64,000 nt of DNA, from contig NC_058368.1 in assembly GCF_018350175.1 (NCBI RefSeq), positions 80,912,001-80,976,000 of the forward strand. Reading direction: 5' to 3'. A program made the position numbers and the translations under genes. Positions 61,548 to 64,000 of the stretch are shown here, piece after piece; position 1 is the stretch's first letter; every line of letters starts with the position of its first letter. The stretch comes from Felis catus. Taxonomy: Eukaryota. The notes below the pieces were generated by a model. That model worked only from the letters and a program-made list of their open reading frames with translations, was not told where the DNA came from and ran no database searches.

Positions 61548-62861
61548 TGAACAGTTTCTTTCCTAAACAGCAGTCTCCCTCCCTATCTTCTGTTTCCAGT
61601 GCTGTGCCCAGAACCTCTGCTCAGTGACTGTCCTTCCTGGGGGTGAGCTCCGGTGGCTTCTAGGAGGTCACTCAGCCCCCTGTAAGAGGCTTGCCGAGGA
61701 GCTGAGTTCACAAAGCACTTTACTTTTTATCTCAGTACTTTCCTTGGCTCTTACTTCTTTTGGAGAGGAGTCAGGAGAATCGTCCAATGTCTTTTCTGTG
61801 TCCTACAAAAATATCAAACACAAGTGTGGATGATTTTCCAGCCAGCGAAAGTCACCTTGTGGGAATTGACTTAATAATTTGTGTGTGTATTTTCTGTTTG
61901 TTGGAAGAACTGTGCTACAAGCAGGCCATTTGATTATCATTCATTTTCCTTGACAGTCAAATGCCTTGAAAATAAAACCCGGAGCTGGTATAGCGGAACA
62001 AACTTGAACTCTTGGTTGCAAAACGTTGATCTGCATCAACAGTTCAAAGAAAAATACAGGAAACGCTGTCCCTTGTCCAACAAGGAGCCAATTCAAGGAC
62101 ACAGCTGTGAACATGCCCCAGAATGGAACTCGCTTGCCTTATTTTGTGTCCAGCTAAGGGTACTCCAAACACATTACCTTCATTTGCTTTGTCTGCTTCT
62201 CGTTTGCATCATCAACAGCTCGTCTGACCTCTGTCCATTAGCAATACCAAGAAAAAAATTTCTTGTCCTCAATTAAAGTGTCTTTTTGAGCCTCCTGCTT
62301 CCTAATTGTTTCACCTCTGCCTGCAGAAGCACCAGGAAAAATTCTTCTTGTTCACCCTAAAGTATTGCTCCTGAGTTGTAGGATATTAGATTCATCAGAA
62401 ACCTGTGTGGCCACCTGGCTCATTTCTAGCCTGTATTATGCCCACGAGAGAGCTTTAGTGAGGTTTGGGGGCTTGCTCATAAATGGGTATGCGTGGACCC
62501 CTAATGCCTGGAGATTCTCTGAGTCTTGGCATGTAAATAGAAAAGCAGGATGATAAACGTGGGTGTTTATCCCAGAAATAAGCTCTTCCCAAAAGATTGG
62601 CGACCTGTTTATTCTCCAGTTTGCTTTCATCGTTGGCCTCAGTCACATGAAATTGTTGGTACTCTCTTTAAAGTGCTGGAAAACACTATTTTTAAATGCT
62701 CAATCAGGAAGCCAGACACCCTGGAAGACCCGTGTTCCAATTGTCCCCAACTACGAAGATACTGTAGGTTCAGTGAGTCTTTGAGAGCAGAAAATCCGCA
62801 TCTCGGTCATCGGACCTAGCGTCCTTGGATAGAACAACGAGTCTGTAGCTCAGTTTTAGGG

Positions 62862-63425
62862 CAGAGGTTGGTTGGCCGCCTGTGGCCCGGGGGCCAGATC
62901 TGGTCCACGCGCATTTTCTGTGGCTGCTGACCTAAGAATGGATTTTACATTTTTGAATGGATGGCAAGAAAATTAAAAGAAGAATGGCATTTTTGTGGTA
63001 CATGAAAATGATATGAAATTCAAATGTCAATGGCCCTAAATAAAGTTTGCTTGGCAGACAGCCATGCCTATTTGTCTACACGTGGCTTCTTTGAGACTAT
63101 GAAGGCAGAGAGAGAGAGCGTTTGGCTTGCAAAGTCAAAAATATTTATTATTTTATTTTTATTTTTATTAGTTTTTAAATAATAAAAATTAATTTTTTTA
63201 TTTTTTATTATTTTTTAAAGTTTATTTTGAGAGGGAGAGCGAGCCCGCACAGGGGAGGGGCTGAGAGAAAGGGAGAGAGAGAATCCCAAGCAGGCTCTGC
63301 ACTGTCAGTGCAGAGCCCGACGTGGGGCTCGAACCCACGAACCGAGAGATCATGACCTGAGCCGAAACCAAGAGTCGGATGCTTGGCGCCCCATCTGTCC
63401 TTTAGAGACAGAGTTTGTGACACGT
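62862..63425 (-). mobile_element. MER58B-like element interrupted by a SINE
   Basis: ggcccgggggccagatctgg...ctaagaatggattttacatttttgaatgg...tatgaaattcaaatgtcaatg..aaataaagttt...gcaaagtcaaaaatattta | tctgtcctttagagacagagtttg. Strand assignment is uncertain. Confidence 0.75.
63150..63392 (-). mobile_element. CanSINE nested in MER58B, with a deletion in the head
   Basis: Long AT-rich tail. Head reads ggatgcttggcgcccc, lacking the A-box segment. Confidence 0.92.
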
Positions 63426-64000
63426 GTGCTGAGGGTCACACCTGGCACTTTGCTTGCTTTCTTTCATGTACATCATCTGCCCTGAAAATTCACTAAGTTC
63501 TGCTTAGGTATGTGGCACGGTGGCTCTGAAATATTTCCACTCTACTCTCAGCCCACGGAGTGGGAAACTTCCAAATGCAACAAAGACATCAACACTTGAT
63601 GGTAAATGAAAATACACAGTGGTGGACCGTCTGGCATTAAAGACCCGGGCACGGCAGGCAAACCAAACCAGTCCCAATTTCAAATCATTCTCCCTAAATA
63701 TAATGCGTTTCAGGAGAGATTAAGGAACCTGCTTACTGCAGGCAAGGCAGCCACGTGGCCCAGGCAGCAGGCCCTAAAAGGACTGAGTACACTCCGCCTC
63801 CCTCCTCTGGCACCTCTTTGTTAGGTCTCCCAGGAGTCTGCGCTGTCAGGGTCCTTCCTTTGTGCAGAAGGAAGCAGCAGGGGAGTGTGGGCAGGGCTGC
63901 TGCTAATCTGCAATCCAATGCACATTTGTTTTTCTGTTGTTTGCTTCAGAGTTTCTGGAATCTATCACTTATATGGATTATGTAATAAGAGCCAATCAGC

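Noticed and set aside
3652..63423. Many ORFs with recurring peptides (SAQVMISQFVSSSP, ERGRHRIGSRLQALS, CFRFCVSLSLCPSP)
   Set aside because: These are translations of CanSINE copies, not a gene family.

Overview
Mammalian non-coding DNA, almost certainly from a felid: 27 tRNA-derived CanSINEs are present, several with the diagnostics of the young Felidae SINEC_Fc type. I found no convincing protein-coding exon, RNA gene or prokaryotic-type system. The only ORF-track entry with clear protein homology is a decayed LINE-1 ORF2 fragment (53874-54140). The window looks like a large intron or gene desert that is GC- and CpG-rich and carries older repeats: L1_Carn, L1MC/MD/ME, HAL1, L2, MIR, MLT1/MLT2 LTRs, and the hAT elements MER3, MER58, MER63 and Charlie1a. 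Repeat family names come from my recall of consensus sequences, not from a search, and boundaries of old elements are approximate. The most notable observations are retrotransposition and repeat-evolution oddities: (1) a SINE-spacer-SINE unit under one 17-bp TSD inside a MIR, which may be a SINE-mediated transduction; (2) two SINEs inserted successively at the same target, leaving a triplicated TSD; (3) an inverted pair of GC-rich MLT1-like LTRs 25 kb apart that are unusually similar and carry an internal VNTR; (4) tandem duplications that begin at hairpins.
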